Shown here: piece after piece, positions 1 through 8,685 of the stretch
How positions within the stretch are numbered: position 1 is the stretch's first letter
How the letters are laid out: each line of letters begins with the position of its first letter
NCBI RefSeq assembly: GCF_001457615.1
Contig: NZ_LN831024.1
Span: forward strand, 4,680,001-4,712,000
Source of the DNA: Pseudomonas aeruginosa
Lineage (GTDB): Bacteria > Pseudomonadota > Gammaproteobacteria > Pseudomonadales > Pseudomonadaceae
Direction: 5' to 3'
Length of the DNA: 32,000 nucleotides
The notes under the pieces: model-generated
What the model saw: only the letters and a program-made list of their open reading frames with translations
The model's database searches: none
Told to the model about the DNA's origin: nothing
Program-made: the position numbers and the translations under genes

Positions 1-171
1 CTTGATCCCGAGCATGTTGTGGCGGGTGGTCTGCGGCTTGCGCGAGGTGATCGCCAGCTTCTGCCCGAGGATGTGGTTGAGCAGGGTGGACTTGCCCACG
101 TTGGGGCGGCCCACGATCGCCACGTAGCCGCAACGGCTGCCGGCGGGGATGTCGTCGTGCATGTCAGTCAT
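1..171 (-). CDS. era: GTPase Era, N-terminal part (truncated by window edge)
   Basis: Minus-strand translation [57 protein letters not shown]; G1 P-loop GRPNVGKS; directly downstream of rnc. Start could also be the ATG at 162. Confidence 0.95.
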   Translation of the reverse strand, partial: MTDMHDDIPAGSRCGYVAIVGRPNVGKSTLLNHILGQKLAITSRKPQTTRHNMLGIK

Positions 172-853
172 GGCCATTCTCCACGCCCAGGGCCACCAGC
201 GCGGCGGCCGCGGCCACCTGCTCGGCGATGCGGCGGCTGCCGCCGTGCCCGTGGGTCTTGTCGCTCAGCAGGGCCACTTCGCAATCGACGAAGAAGGTCC
301 GGCAATGGGGTTCGCCCTGGATATCCACCACCTCGTAGCGCGGCAGGTCGCAGCCACGCGACTGCAGGAACTCCTGCAGGCGGGTCTTGGGGTCCTTGTT
401 GGTGTCCACCGGGGTCAGCTCGCGCAGTTGCGGTCCGAGCCAGGCGATGATCCGCTCGCGCGCGGAGTCCATGCCGGTATCCAGGTAGATGGCGCCGATC
501 AGGGCTTCCATCGCATCGGCGAGGATCGACTCGCGGCGGAACCCGCCGCTCTTCAGCTCGCCCGAGCCCAGCCGCAGGTAGTCGCCCACCTCGAAGCCGC
601 GCGCCAGCAGGGCCAGGGTCTCGCCCTTGACCAGTCGCGCGCGCAGGCGCGAAAGCTGGCCTTCGCGAGCCTGCGGGAAGTGGTGGAACAGCGCCTCGCC
701 GATGACGAAGTTGAGAATGGCGTCACCGAGGAACTCCAGGCGCTCGTTGTTGCGCCCGGCGTAGCTGCGATGGGTCAGGGCCAGGACCATGAGGTCCCGG
801 TCTTTGAAGGTATAGCCGAGCTTGCGCTCGAGTCGGTCCAGCGAATTACTCAC
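164..853 (-). CDS. rnc: Ribonuclease III
   Basis: 229 aa ORF with the RNase III signature [12 protein letters not shown] and a C-terminal dsRNA-binding domain; 3' end overlaps era start. Confidence 0.97.
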   Translation of the reverse strand: MSNSLDRLERKLGYTFKDRDLMVLALTHRSYAGRNNERLEFLGDAILNFVIGEALFHHFPQAREGQLSRLRARLVKGETLALLARGFEVGDYLRLGSGELKSGGFRRESILADAMEALIGAIYLDTGMDSARERIIAWLGPQLRELTPVDTNKDPKTRLQEFLQSRGCDLPRYEVVDIQGEPHCRTFFVDCEVALLSDKTHGHGGSRRIAEQVAAAAALVALGVENGHD

Positions 854-1239
854 GGCATGCGTACACGGAATTCTTTGTCGAAGTGGACCACCAGGTCGAT
901 GTTGCTGATCAGTGGCTCGCGTTTTTCATATTTCAGGTGCGCCCGGAATTGGTTGTCTTCCAGTTGCACCTCCAGGGCCTTCTCCAGGTCCAGGTTGCGG
1001 ATGCCGTTGATCTGCATCCCCTTGCCGACGTAGCTGTAGAACTCCGGCACGGAACGCACCTCGGCCGCCTTGTCGGTCTCCACGGAAGTGATCACCTTCT
1101 CCAGCGAGTAGTAATCCATGTAGTGCGGGATGATCTTGAACGCGGCGCTGGCGAAGAACGCCACCACGCCCAGCACCACCAGCCACCCCAGCAGGGACAT
1201 CCCCTTCTGCGAACGCGCGAACCTCATGTCGGACCTCAT
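850..1239 (-). CDS. DUF4845-type small membrane protein ([24 protein letters not shown]...)
   Basis: ORF 850..1278 between lepB and rnc with one N-terminal hydrophobic segment; 4-bp overlap with rnc. Start uncertain (ATG at 1239 or 1227, rather than the ORF limit 1278). Confidence 0.75.
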   Translation of the reverse strand: MRSDMRFARSQKGMSLLGWLVVLGVVAFFASAAFKIIPHYMDYYSLEKVITSVETDKAAEVRSVPEFYSYVGKGMQINGIRNLDLEKALEVQLEDNQFRAHLKYEKREPLISNIDLVVHFDKEFRVRMP

Positions 1240-1314
1240 GTCAGTGTAGTTATTCCGTCCAGCGAGCGGTAACGCCATCGGGCAGGGCCCTGCGGCGGCG
1301 TTCGCGGAAGTGAA

Positions 1315-1344
1315 AGCGGGGCTGCCCTCGGGAGCAGCCCCGCT
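1315..1344 (-). terminator. Strong hairpin between lepB and the DUF4845 gene
   Basis: AGCGGGGCTGC (1315-1325) / GCAGCCCCGCT (1334-1344), perfect 11-bp stem, 8-nt loop; no U tract, so terminator function is uncertain. Confidence 0.5.
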
Positions 1345-1395
1345 TCGCGATTATTCAGCAGGAGCGCCCTTCCGCGTGGCGAACCTGCGCACAGG

Positions 1396-2250
1396 TCAGT
1401 GAATCACGCCGACCCGGGAGAAGTTCGGCAGGTTGCTCATCTTCGGATCGGGCCAGCTCATCCACACGGCGAAGGCCTTGCCGACGATATTGCGGTCCGG
1501 AACCATGCCCAGCAGATCCTTGGGGATCTTCGGATCGTTCCAGTAGCGGCTGTCGTTGGAGTTGTCGCGGTTGTCGCCCATCATGAAGTAGTGGCCGGCG
1601 GGAATGGTCCACTGGCGGTCGGGCTCGATGCGATAGCGGCTCATTTCCTTGCGGATCAGGTGCTCGGCCTGGCCCAGCTTCTCCTGGTACAGGGTCACGC
1701 TGCCCAGGGTGCCCGGTTCCTCGCCGACCAGTTTCTCCGCCACCAGCTCGCCGTTGACGTACAGGCGCTTTTCCTTGGTATAGCGCACGGTGTCGCCGGG
1801 CAGGCCGACCACGCGCTTGATGTAGTTGATGTTCGGTTCGCTGGGATAGCGGAACACCATGACATCGCCGCGCTGCGGGTCGCCGATCGGGATCACCTTG
1901 GTGTCCAGCACCGGCAGGCGGATACCGTAGGCGAACTTGTTGACCAGGATGAAATCGCCGACCTCGAGGGTAGGTTTCATCGACCCCGAGGGAATCTGGA
2001 ACGGTTCGACCAGGAAGGAACGCAGCACCAGCACGATGAACAGCACCGGGAAGAACGACTTGCCGTACTCCACCAGCAGCGGTTCCTTGTTGAGCTTCTC
2101 CAGCACCGCCGGATCGGGCTCGTTCACCTGCCCTTCGTAGGAAGAGATCGCGGCCCGCCGACGCGGCGCGAACAGCACCAGGTCGACCAGGGCCAGGGCG
2201 CCGCATACAGCCACGGCGATGACCAGCAACAACGGGAAATTGAGTGTCAT
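1396..2250 (-). CDS. lepB: Signal peptidase I
   Basis: 284 aa with PSGSMKPTLEVGDFILVNKF (catalytic Ser) and RGDVMVFRYPSEPNINYIKRVVGLPGD, GDNRDNSNDSRYW boxes; adjacent to lepA. Confidence 0.97.
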   Translation of the reverse strand: MTLNFPLLLVIAVAVCGALALVDLVLFAPRRRAAISSYEGQVNEPDPAVLEKLNKEPLLVEYGKSFFPVLFIVLVLRSFLVEPFQIPSGSMKPTLEVGDFILVNKFAYGIRLPVLDTKVIPIGDPQRGDVMVFRYPSEPNINYIKRVVGLPGDTVRYTKEKRLYVNGELVAEKLVGEEPGTLGSVTLYQEKLGQAEHLIRKEMSRYRIEPDRQWTIPAGHYFMMGDNRDNSNDSRYWNDPKIPKDLLGMVPDRNIVGKAFAVWMSWPDPKMSNLPNFSRVGVIH

Positions 2251-2255
2251 GGGTT

Positions 2256-4055
2256 CTAGCTATCCACTTTGAGCACGGCGAGGAAGGCTTCCTGGGGAAT
2301 TTCCACGCTACCGACCTGCTTCATCCTTTTCTTACCAGCCTTCTGCTTCTCCAGCAGCTTGCGTTTACGGCTCACGTCGCCACCGTAACACTTGGCCAGC
2401 ACGTTCTTCCTGAGCGCCTTGACCGTCGAGCGGGCGATGATCTGCCCACCGATGGCTGCCTGGATCGCCACGTCGAACATCTGCCGCGGGATCAGTTCCT
2501 TCATTTTCTCCACCAGCTGGCGGCCCTTGTAGGGGGCGTTGTCGCGGTGGACGATCAGGGCGAGGGCGTCGACCTTCTCGCCATTGATCAGCACGTCGAG
2601 ACGAACCAGGTTGGACGGCTCGAAACGATCGAAGCTGTAGTCCAGGGAAGCATAGCCGCGGCTGGTGGACTTGAGGCGATCGAAGAAGTCGAGCACCACC
2701 TCGTTCATCGGCAGGTCGTAGACCACCTGCACCTGGCCGCTGAGGAAGTGCATGTCGCGCTGCACGCCGCGCTTCTCGATGCACAGGGTGATCACGTTGC
2801 CCAGGTGGTCCTTGGGCACCAGGATGGTGGCGCGGCAGATCGGTTCGCGCATTTCCTGGATGGACGCCAGGTCCGGGAGCTTGGACGGGTTGTCGACGTA
2901 GATGATCTCGCCATTCTTCTGCACGATCTCGAAGACCACCGTGGGCGCGGTGGTGATCAGGTCCAGGTCGTATTCGCGCTCCAGGCGCTCCTGGATGATC
3001 TCCATGTGCAGCATGCCGAGGAAGCCGCAACGGAAGCCGAAGCCCAGGGCTTCGGAGCTTTCCGGCTCGTATTGCAGCGACGAGTCGTTGAGGGTCAGCT
3101 TCTGCAGGGCGTCGCGGAAGTCCTCGAAATCGTCCGAGCTGACCGGGAACAGGCCCGCGTAGACTTGCGGCTTGACCCGCTTGAAGCCCGGCAGGACCTC
3201 GACGTCCGGCGTGTTGTTAAGGGTCAGCGTATCGCCCACCGGCGCGCCGTGGATATCCTTGATACCGGCGATGATGAAGCCCACCTCGCCCGCCTTCAGG
3301 TCGACGGTCTCGGTGTGCTTCGGAGTGAATACCCCGACGCTGTCCACCTGGTGGACCTTGCCGGTGGACTTCACCAGGATCTTGTCGCCCTTCTTCACCC
3401 GGCCGTTCTTCACCCGCACCAGCGAGACCACGCCGAGGTAGTTGTCGAACCAGGAGTCGATGATCAGCGCCTGCAGCGGCGCCTCGATCTCGCCTTCCGG
3501 GGCGGGGATGGCGGTCACCAGGCGCTCCAGCACCTCCAGCACGCCCATCCCGCTCTTGGCGCTGCAGGCCACGGCGTCGGTGGCGTCGATGCCGATGATG
3601 CTCTCGATTTCCTCTTTCACCCGCTCCGGCTCGGCCTGGGGCAGGTCCATCTTGTTCAGCACGGGCATCACTTCCAGCCCCTGCTCGATGGCGGTGTAGC
3701 AGTTGGCGACGGACTGCGCCTCGACGCCCTGGCCGGCGTCCACTACCAGCAGCGCGCCCTCGCAGGCGGCCAGCGAGCGGCTGACTTCGTAGGTGAAGTC
3801 GACGTGGCCGGGGGTATCGATGAAGTTGAGCTGGTAGGTCTTACCGTCCTGCGCCTTGTAGTGCAGGGTCACGCTGTGGGCCTTGATGGTGATCCCGCGC
3901 TCGCGCTCCAGGTCCATGGAGTCCAGGACCTGGGCCTCCATTTCGCGATCGGAGAGGCCGCCGCACATCTGGATGAAGCGATCGGCCAGCGTCGACTTGC
4001 CATGGTCGATATGGGCAATGATGGAGAAATTGCGGATATGGCTCAGGTCGCTCAC
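2256..4055 (-). CDS. lepA: Elongation factor 4 (LepA)
   Basis: 599 aa, [44 protein letters not shown]; translation factor GTPase. Confidence 0.98.
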   Translation of the reverse strand: MSDLSHIRNFSIIAHIDHGKSTLADRFIQMCGGLSDREMEAQVLDSMDLERERGITIKAHSVTLHYKAQDGKTYQLNFIDTPGHVDFTYEVSRSLAACEGALLVVDAGQGVEAQSVANCYTAIEQGLEVMPVLNKMDLPQAEPERVKEEIESIIGIDATDAVACSAKSGMGVLEVLERLVTAIPAPEGEIEAPLQALIIDSWFDNYLGVVSLVRVKNGRVKKGDKILVKSTGKVHQVDSVGVFTPKHTETVDLKAGEVGFIIAGIKDIHGAPVGDTLTLNNTPDVEVLPGFKRVKPQVYAGLFPVSSDDFEDFRDALQKLTLNDSSLQYEPESSEALGFGFRCGFLGMLHMEIIQERLEREYDLDLITTAPTVVFEIVQKNGEIIYVDNPSKLPDLASIQEMREPICRATILVPKDHLGNVITLCIEKRGVQRDMHFLSGQVQVVYDLPMNEVVLDFFDRLKSTSRGYASLDYSFDRFEPSNLVRLDVLINGEKVDALALIVHRDNAPYKGRQLVEKMKELIPRQMFDVAIQAAIGGQIIARSTVKALRKNVLAKCYGGDVSRKRKLLEKQKAGKKRMKQVGSVEIPQEAFLAVLKVDS

Positions 4056-4164
4056 GGCTCAACACACTCGAAAAGGGCAAGGGCGGCAATCCGCCGAAAA
4101 ATAGCCGGGGAGTTTACCTGATGCTCGGGCAAGGCGTCACGCAGGTAACGGATTGACGGGCATG

Positions 4165-4193
4165 AAAAAGGGCGGTGGAAACCGCCCTTTTTT
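4165..4193 (-). terminator. Rho-independent terminator after mucD
   Basis: AAAAAGGGCGGT / ACCGCCCTTTTT stem with GGAA loop (4165-4176 / 4181-4192) just downstream of the mucD stop; symmetrical A/T flanks. Confidence 0.9.
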
Positions 4194-4204
4194 CGCCAGC
4201 CGGC

Positions 4205-5629
4205 TTATTCGGCCAGCTTGAAGGTAATGAAGCTGGCGCGTCCCTGGCGCAGCACCCGCATCGAAACCGAACGGTTCTTCGGCAGGGCCTTGGCCACGTC
4301 GGCGAAGACCTTGGTCGAGGTCACCGCCTTGTTGTCCAGGTGGGTGATGACATCGCCCGGACGCAGGCCGATGACCGCGGCCGGACCGTCCTGGACTTCC
4401 TTGATCACCACGCCGCCCTGGATATCCAGGCTCTTGCGCTGCTCGGCGGTCAGGTCGGCGACGGTCACGCCCAGGCGGTTGCTGCTGCGCTCGGCGCCCG
4501 GAGCGCCCATCGAGGCGATTTCCTCGTCGTCGTCCGGAAGGCTGCCTACCGCCATGCTCAGGGACTTGCGCTGGCCGTTGCGAATCACGTCCAGGTTGAT
4601 CTTGTCGCCCGGCTTCATGTTGCCCACCAGGTGCGGCAGGTCGGCGGACTCGTTGATCGACTGGCCGTTCAGGCTGAGGATCACATCGCCCACCTGCAGG
4701 CCACCCTTGGCCGCCGGGCCGTCTTCCACCAGTTGCGCCACCAGCGCGCCGGACGGCTTGTCGAGGCCGAAGGACTCGGCGAGATCCTTGTTCACTTCCT
4801 GGATCACCACGCCCAGCCAGCCGCGACTGACCTTGCCGGCTTTCTTCAACTGGTCGGCGACGTTCAGCGCGACATCGATCGGAATGGCGAAGGACAGGCC
4901 CATGAAGCCGCCGGAACGGGTGAAGATCTGCGAGTTGATGCCGACCACTTCGCCCTGCAGGTTCAGCAGCGGACCGCCGGAGTTACCCGGGTTGATCGCC
5001 ACGTCGGTCTGGATGAAGGGTACGTAGCTCTCGTTCGGCAGGCTACGCCCCTTGGCACTGACGATACCGGCGGTGACCGAGTGATCGAAGCCGAACGGCG
5101 AACCGATGGCCAGGACCCATTCGCCCACTTTCAGCTTGTTCGAATCGCCCAGTTTCAGGGTCGGCAGGTTCTTCGCCTCGATCTTCAGCACCGCCACGTC
5201 GCTGCGCGGGTCCGCGCCGATCAACTTGGCCTTGTGCTCGCTACGGTCGGACAGGCGCACCAGGATCTCGTCGGCATCGGCCACGACGTGATTGTTGGTG
5301 AGGATGTAGCCGTCGTTGGAGATGATGAAGCCGGAACCCAGCGATTGCGCCTCGCGCTGCTGGCCGCGCGGATTGCGCGGAACCTGCGGGATGCTGCGTT
5401 CGAGGAAGTCGCGGAACATCGGCGGCAGCCCTTCGAGGTCGGGGATAGACAGCTGCCCGCGCGCCATGGCGCGATCCGGCAGCTTCTGCCGCGTACTGAT
5501 ATTCACCACCGCCGGCGACGCCTGTTCGACCAAAGGCGTGAAGTCCGGCAGTTCTGCCCGGGCCGTCATCGCCAGGCTCAAGGCCAGCAAGGCCACCATC
5601 GCAGCCATACAGCGTTTTAGGGTATGCAT
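4205..5629 (-). CDS. mucD: MucD, periplasmic serine protease (DegP/HtrA family)
   Basis: 474 aa, signal peptide, SLGSGFIISNDGYILTNNHVV, catalytic NPGNSGGPLLN, two PDZ domains; downstream of mucC. Confidence 0.97.
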   Translation of the reverse strand: MHTLKRCMAAMVALLALSLAMTARAELPDFTPLVEQASPAVVNISTRQKLPDRAMARGQLSIPDLEGLPPMFRDFLERSIPQVPRNPRGQQREAQSLGSGFIISNDGYILTNNHVVADADEILVRLSDRSEHKAKLIGADPRSDVAVLKIEAKNLPTLKLGDSNKLKVGEWVLAIGSPFGFDHSVTAGIVSAKGRSLPNESYVPFIQTDVAINPGNSGGPLLNLQGEVVGINSQIFTRSGGFMGLSFAIPIDVALNVADQLKKAGKVSRGWLGVVIQEVNKDLAESFGLDKPSGALVAQLVEDGPAAKGGLQVGDVILSLNGQSINESADLPHLVGNMKPGDKINLDVIRNGQRKSLSMAVGSLPDDDEEIASMGAPGAERSSNRLGVTVADLTAEQRKSLDIQGGVVIKEVQDGPAAVIGLRPGDVITHLDNKAVTSTKVFADVAKALPKNRSVSMRVLRQGRASFITFKLAE

Positions 5630-5668
5630 CGACTACAGCTCCCGTGATGTTCGAGGGAAGAGAAAGAC

Positions 5669-6124
5669 TCAGGCCGAATCGGACGGCCCGGAAATCAGCG
5701 CTCGCAGAACCACCGGCTGCGAGGCTGGATCATCGGCATGACGACGAGCATGCCGACGCACCAATAGCCAGGCCGCCAGCAAACCCGCCAGCCCGGACAC
5801 GATGATCAGAGGTTCGACAAGGCCCGCCCGGGTCGCCAGCAATGCTGCCACGAAAAACCCGAGCAGAGGGAAAAGATAGAAGAGGACGGAGGCGCGCAAC
5901 AACAGGTCTTCATGAATTCCTAGGACGACCGCATCGCCGACCCGCAGGCTCAGGTCGCTCAACGCGCGCACCCGGGCACGCCCCGCGCCGACGCCCAGGC
6001 GCTGCATCAGCCCCTGGCCGCAACCGGCATTGGCCGAGCAGGACGAGCAGGTACTGCGGCGCACGGTCTCGACCCATACCGCTCCCGGCTCGGTCGCCAC
6101 CACTCGCCCCTGCTCCTCGATCAT
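5669..6124 (-). CDS. mucC: MucC, RseC/MucC-type positive regulator of sigma E
   Basis: 151 aa, Cys motif STCSSCSANAGCGQG, two TM segments; overlaps mucB by 4 bp. Confidence 0.95.
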   Translation of the reverse strand: MIEEQGRVVATEPGAVWVETVRRSTCSSCSANAGCGQGLMQRLGVGAGRARVRALSDLSLRVGDAVVLGIHEDLLLRASVLFYLFPLLGFFVAALLATRAGLVEPLIIVSGLAGLLAAWLLVRRHARRHADDPASQPVVLRALISGPSDSA

Positions 6125-7071
6125 TTCTGGGCGGCGGCCTCGGGCCGGATGGACAGCGCCACCCGCTCGGCGGTGCCCAGCGGCACTTCGCCGACGACGG
6201 TCACCATCTGGCCGCCGTCATCGGTCTGCAGGCGCTTGGAAACCACCACGGTCGGGCCGAGCTGGCTGCGCGCGTCGCCAACCATGGCACCGTGCAGCGG
6301 CTCGATGAACACCGAGAATCGTGCCAGGCCATCGCCATAGGTCAGGCAGGCGACCGGATCGGGGGTGACCGGACTGCGACGCATGAAACTGCGGGTCAGG
6401 GTGAAACCTGGCGGCAGCCATTCCGAGCGCCAGGCCACGGTCTTCTCGCCGTCGGCCTTGGCCGGGCCGACGACCTGGCATTCGGCGCCCGCCTGCAACT
6501 GGTCTTCGGCAGGTGCCGCGCCGGTATTCAACTGGGTGAACTGGAAGCGCTCGAGCAACTGCCCCTTCTCGTTCAGCAGCAGCGACTTCAACGGCAGGCC
6601 GGTGTCGCGGTCCAGGTGCAGCTCGAAGCCGTAGCGATGCTGGTCGCGCGGAGTCACCGCAAGGACCACTGCCGGGCGGCCGGCGACACGGGATTCGCCG
6701 ACCAGGCGCAGGTCGTACCAGGAAGCCAGCTGGGAGGGATCGAACTTGCGCACCGGCCACAGCTGGGCATCGGCCAGTTGGTCGGCAAGGCCGCCGCTGA
6801 TGCACTGGGTGCGCCCGTCGACCCGGACCACTTCCTGGCGCGCGCCGTCGAGCTGGAGCAGGCGCTCGCGAACCGCACCATCGCTCTCCACGCGATGCCA
6901 GATCTCATGGGTGGAGAAGCTGCCATTGCGCTCGTAGACGAAGGTGCCTTGGAAACTGTTCTGGCGATCGGCCTCGGCGAGACGATTCAGCCAGTCGGAA
7001 GCGTCGGCAGCCTGAGTGGCGGGAACCGCCATCAGGCTGCCAAGCAAAAGCAACAGGGAGGTGGTGCGCAT
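6121..7071 (-). CDS. mucB: MucB, periplasmic negative regulator of AlgU (RseB family)
   Basis: 316 aa with signal peptide; WLNRLAEADRQNSFQGTFVYERNGSFSTHEIWH; between mucA and mucC. Confidence 0.97.
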   Translation of the reverse strand: MRTTSLLLLLGSLMAVPATQAADASDWLNRLAEADRQNSFQGTFVYERNGSFSTHEIWHRVESDGAVRERLLQLDGARQEVVRVDGRTQCISGGLADQLADAQLWPVRKFDPSQLASWYDLRLVGESRVAGRPAVVLAVTPRDQHRYGFELHLDRDTGLPLKSLLLNEKGQLLERFQFTQLNTGAAPAEDQLQAGAECQVVGPAKADGEKTVAWRSEWLPPGFTLTRSFMRRSPVTPDPVACLTYGDGLARFSVFIEPLHGAMVGDARSQLGPTVVVSKRLQTDDGGQMVTVVGEVPLGTAERVALSIRPEAAAQK

Positions 7072-7079
7072 GTCTCTCC

Positions 7080-7664
7080 TCAGCGGTTTTCCAGGCTGGC
7101 TGCCCGAGCGTAGGGCAGCGCGCTCTCTGTACCACTGACGGCGGATTGTTGCACGTGCTGACGCAGGTAGATCGGCAGACGCTGCTCATGCCAGCGGGTA
7201 TCGCTGGACGAGGAGTTGGTGATCACCTGCGGCGCCCCCTGCTCTTCGCTGTAGCCGGCCAGCACGGCCGGGCCTTTCACCTGAGGCAGGGCGATCTGCG
7301 GGGTGGTCCCCTGTTGCGCCATCTGCGGCAGGGCGTCGTTCTGGTTGTACAGACGCACGCCGGCCAGCACCGCCAGGGTCACCGAGGCAGCGACCGCCAG
7401 GCGACCGACCATCCGCCACGGTCCCTTCTCCGCTTTCGGCGGAGCGGCCTCGTCGGCCAGGGCAGCAGAGACCGCCGCAGCGATATCCAGCTTCGGCAGG
7501 GTAGGCTCGCGGTGCATGACGGACCGCGCCAACTGGTAACGCGACCAGGTGGAACGCAGCTCGGCATCCTCGCCGCAAGCTGCGAGCACCCGCCGCAACT
7601 CGAGTTCATCCGCTTCGTTATCCATCACAGCGGACAGAGTTTCCTGCAGGGCTTCACGACTCAT
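7080..7664 (-). CDS. mucA: MucA, anti-sigma factor (full length, 194 aa)
   Basis: MSREALQETLSAVMDNEADELELRRVL...PYARAASLENR; internal TM segment; start taken at 7664 rather than at the ORF limit 7742. Confidence 0.97.
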   Translation of the reverse strand: MSREALQETLSAVMDNEADELELRRVLAACGEDAELRSTWSRYQLARSVMHREPTLPKLDIAAAVSAALADEAAPPKAEKGPWRMVGRLAVAASVTLAVLAGVRLYNQNDALPQMAQQGTTPQIALPQVKGPAVLAGYSEEQGAPQVITNSSSSDTRWHEQRLPIYLRQHVQQSAVSGTESALPYARAASLENR

Positions 7665-7695
7665 AGCGATACCTCTCTTGGCATTTGCCGCTGTG

Positions 7696-8277
7696 TCAGG
7701 CTTCTCGCAACAAAGGCTGCAGAGCTTTGTCGATTGCTTCACGAGCGCGGAAGATCCGCGACCGTACCGTCCCCACCGGACACTGCATCACGGTGGCGAT
7801 ATCTTCGTAACTCAAACCTTCGAACTCGCGCAGGGTCAGGGCCGTGCGCAAATCCTCGGGCAACTGCTGGATGGTCTGGTGCACGGTGGCCTCGATCTCA
7901 TCCCGCAACATCGCCCGTTCCGGCGATTCGATGTCCTTCAGGGCGTGGTCGCCCTCGAAGAACTCCGCATCCTCTGCGGTCACATCGCTGTCCGGTGGCC
8001 GACGCCCGCGAGCGACCAGATGGTTCTTCGCGGTGTTGATGGCGATCCGATACAGCCAGGTATAAAAAGCACTATCGCCGCGGAAATTGCCGAGCGCACG
8101 GTATGCCTTGATGAAGGCTTCCTGCGCTACGTCCTGGGCTTCCTGGGCGTCGTGCACGAACCGCACGATCAATCCCAGTATCTTGTGCTGGTATTTCAGT
8201 ACCAGCAGATCGAAAGCCCGCTTGTCTCCGCGCTGTACCCGTTCAACCAGTTGCTGATCCTGTTCCTGGGTTAGCAT
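7696..8277 (-). CDS. algU: AlgU (AlgT/sigma-22), ECF sigma factor
   Basis: 193 aa from ATG at 8275-8277: MLTQEQDQQLVERVQRGDKRAFDLLVLKYQHKILGLI...; SD GAGGAG 5 nt upstream. Confidence 0.98.
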   Translation of the reverse strand: MLTQEQDQQLVERVQRGDKRAFDLLVLKYQHKILGLIVRFVHDAQEAQDVAQEAFIKAYRALGNFRGDSAFYTWLYRIAINTAKNHLVARGRRPPDSDVTAEDAEFFEGDHALKDIESPERAMLRDEIEATVHQTIQQLPEDLRTALTLREFEGLSYEDIATVMQCPVGTVRSRIFRAREAIDKALQPLLREA

Positions 8278-8279
8278 GA

Positions 8280-8307
8280 AAGCTCCTCTTCGAACCTGGA
8301 GGAGCTT
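8280..8307 (-). promoter_or_regulatory. Candidate leader hairpin sequestering the algU Shine-Dalgarno
   Basis: mRNA sense: AAGCTCCTC-CAGGTTCGAA-GAGGAGCTT-TC-ATG. Perfect 9-bp stem; SD GAGGAG (8283-8288) is in the 3' arm. Confidence 0.55.
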
Positions 8308-8336
8308 CGAGCGTCCCAGCGAATCGTCTTGCCAAG

Positions 8337-8363
8337 ATAGACTCGGGCTTCTTGCAAAAGTTC
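8337..8363 (-). promoter_or_regulatory. AlgU-dependent promoter of algU (proximal, P1-type)
   Basis: Minus strand GAACTT-N16-TCTAT (-35 at 8358-8363, -10 at 8337-8341) matches the AlgU/sigma-E-type consensus. Confidence 0.85.
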
Positions 8364-8378
8364 TCCCCTCCAAGCATG

Positions 8379-8407
8379 CGTCACGAGTTTTTTCCTCGCT
8401 CGTGACG
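8379..8407. repeat. Inverted repeat upstream of proximal algU promoter
   Basis: CGTCACGAG (8379-8387) / CTCGTGACG (8399-8407), perfect 9-bp arms, 11-bp spacer. Confidence 0.7.
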
Positions 8408-8413
8408 TGCGGC

Positions 8414-8432
8414 CCCGGACATCGTGTCCGGG
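8414..8432. repeat. Inverted repeat in the algU-nadB intergenic region
   Basis: CCCGGACA-TCG-TGTCCGGG, perfect 8-bp arms, 3-nt loop. Confidence 0.7.
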
Positions 8433-8520
8433 CCCCGCGAAAATGGATTGCATCGGGCTCAGGGCCCGGCCTCTGTGCCGCTGGGTAGGCCAACCGGACG
8501 AGGTCTTCAGGCATCCTGCT

Positions 8521-8547
8521 TTGGAACCGATGCGTCTAAGAAAGTTC
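8521..8547 (-). promoter_or_regulatory. Second AlgU-type promoter of algU (distal, P3-type)
   Basis: Minus strand GAACTT-N16-TCCAA (-35 at 8542-8547, -10 at 8521-8525). Confidence 0.75.
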
Positions 8548-8631
8548 CAGCACTACATCGCCCCGCTCTGATGACGCCTGCCGATGACAGGCCCGCAGCT
8601 CATCCGCCGGACCGGCAGCGGGGGTGCGCTA

Positions 8632-8658
8632 TTGTGCCGCCAGGCCCTTCTATATACT
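8632..8658 (+). promoter_or_regulatory. Possible nadB promoter
   Basis: TATACT (8653-8658) with a poor upstream TTGTGC (8632-8637), spacer only 15 bp; 28 bp before nadB ATG. Confidence 0.3.
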
Positions 8659-8685
8659 AGGGCTCCACCACGGGGAAATGCGGGC

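Noticed and set aside
2244-4121. 625-aa plus ORF
   Set aside because: Exactly antisense to lepA, no conserved domain.
4175-5620. 481-aa plus ORF
   Set aside because: Antisense to mucD; composition typical of a reverse-strand shadow ORF.
7080-7742. Extended 220-aa MucA
   Set aside because: The extra 26 N-terminal residues precede the conserved MSREALQETLSAVMDNEADEL start and overlap the 3' end of algU.
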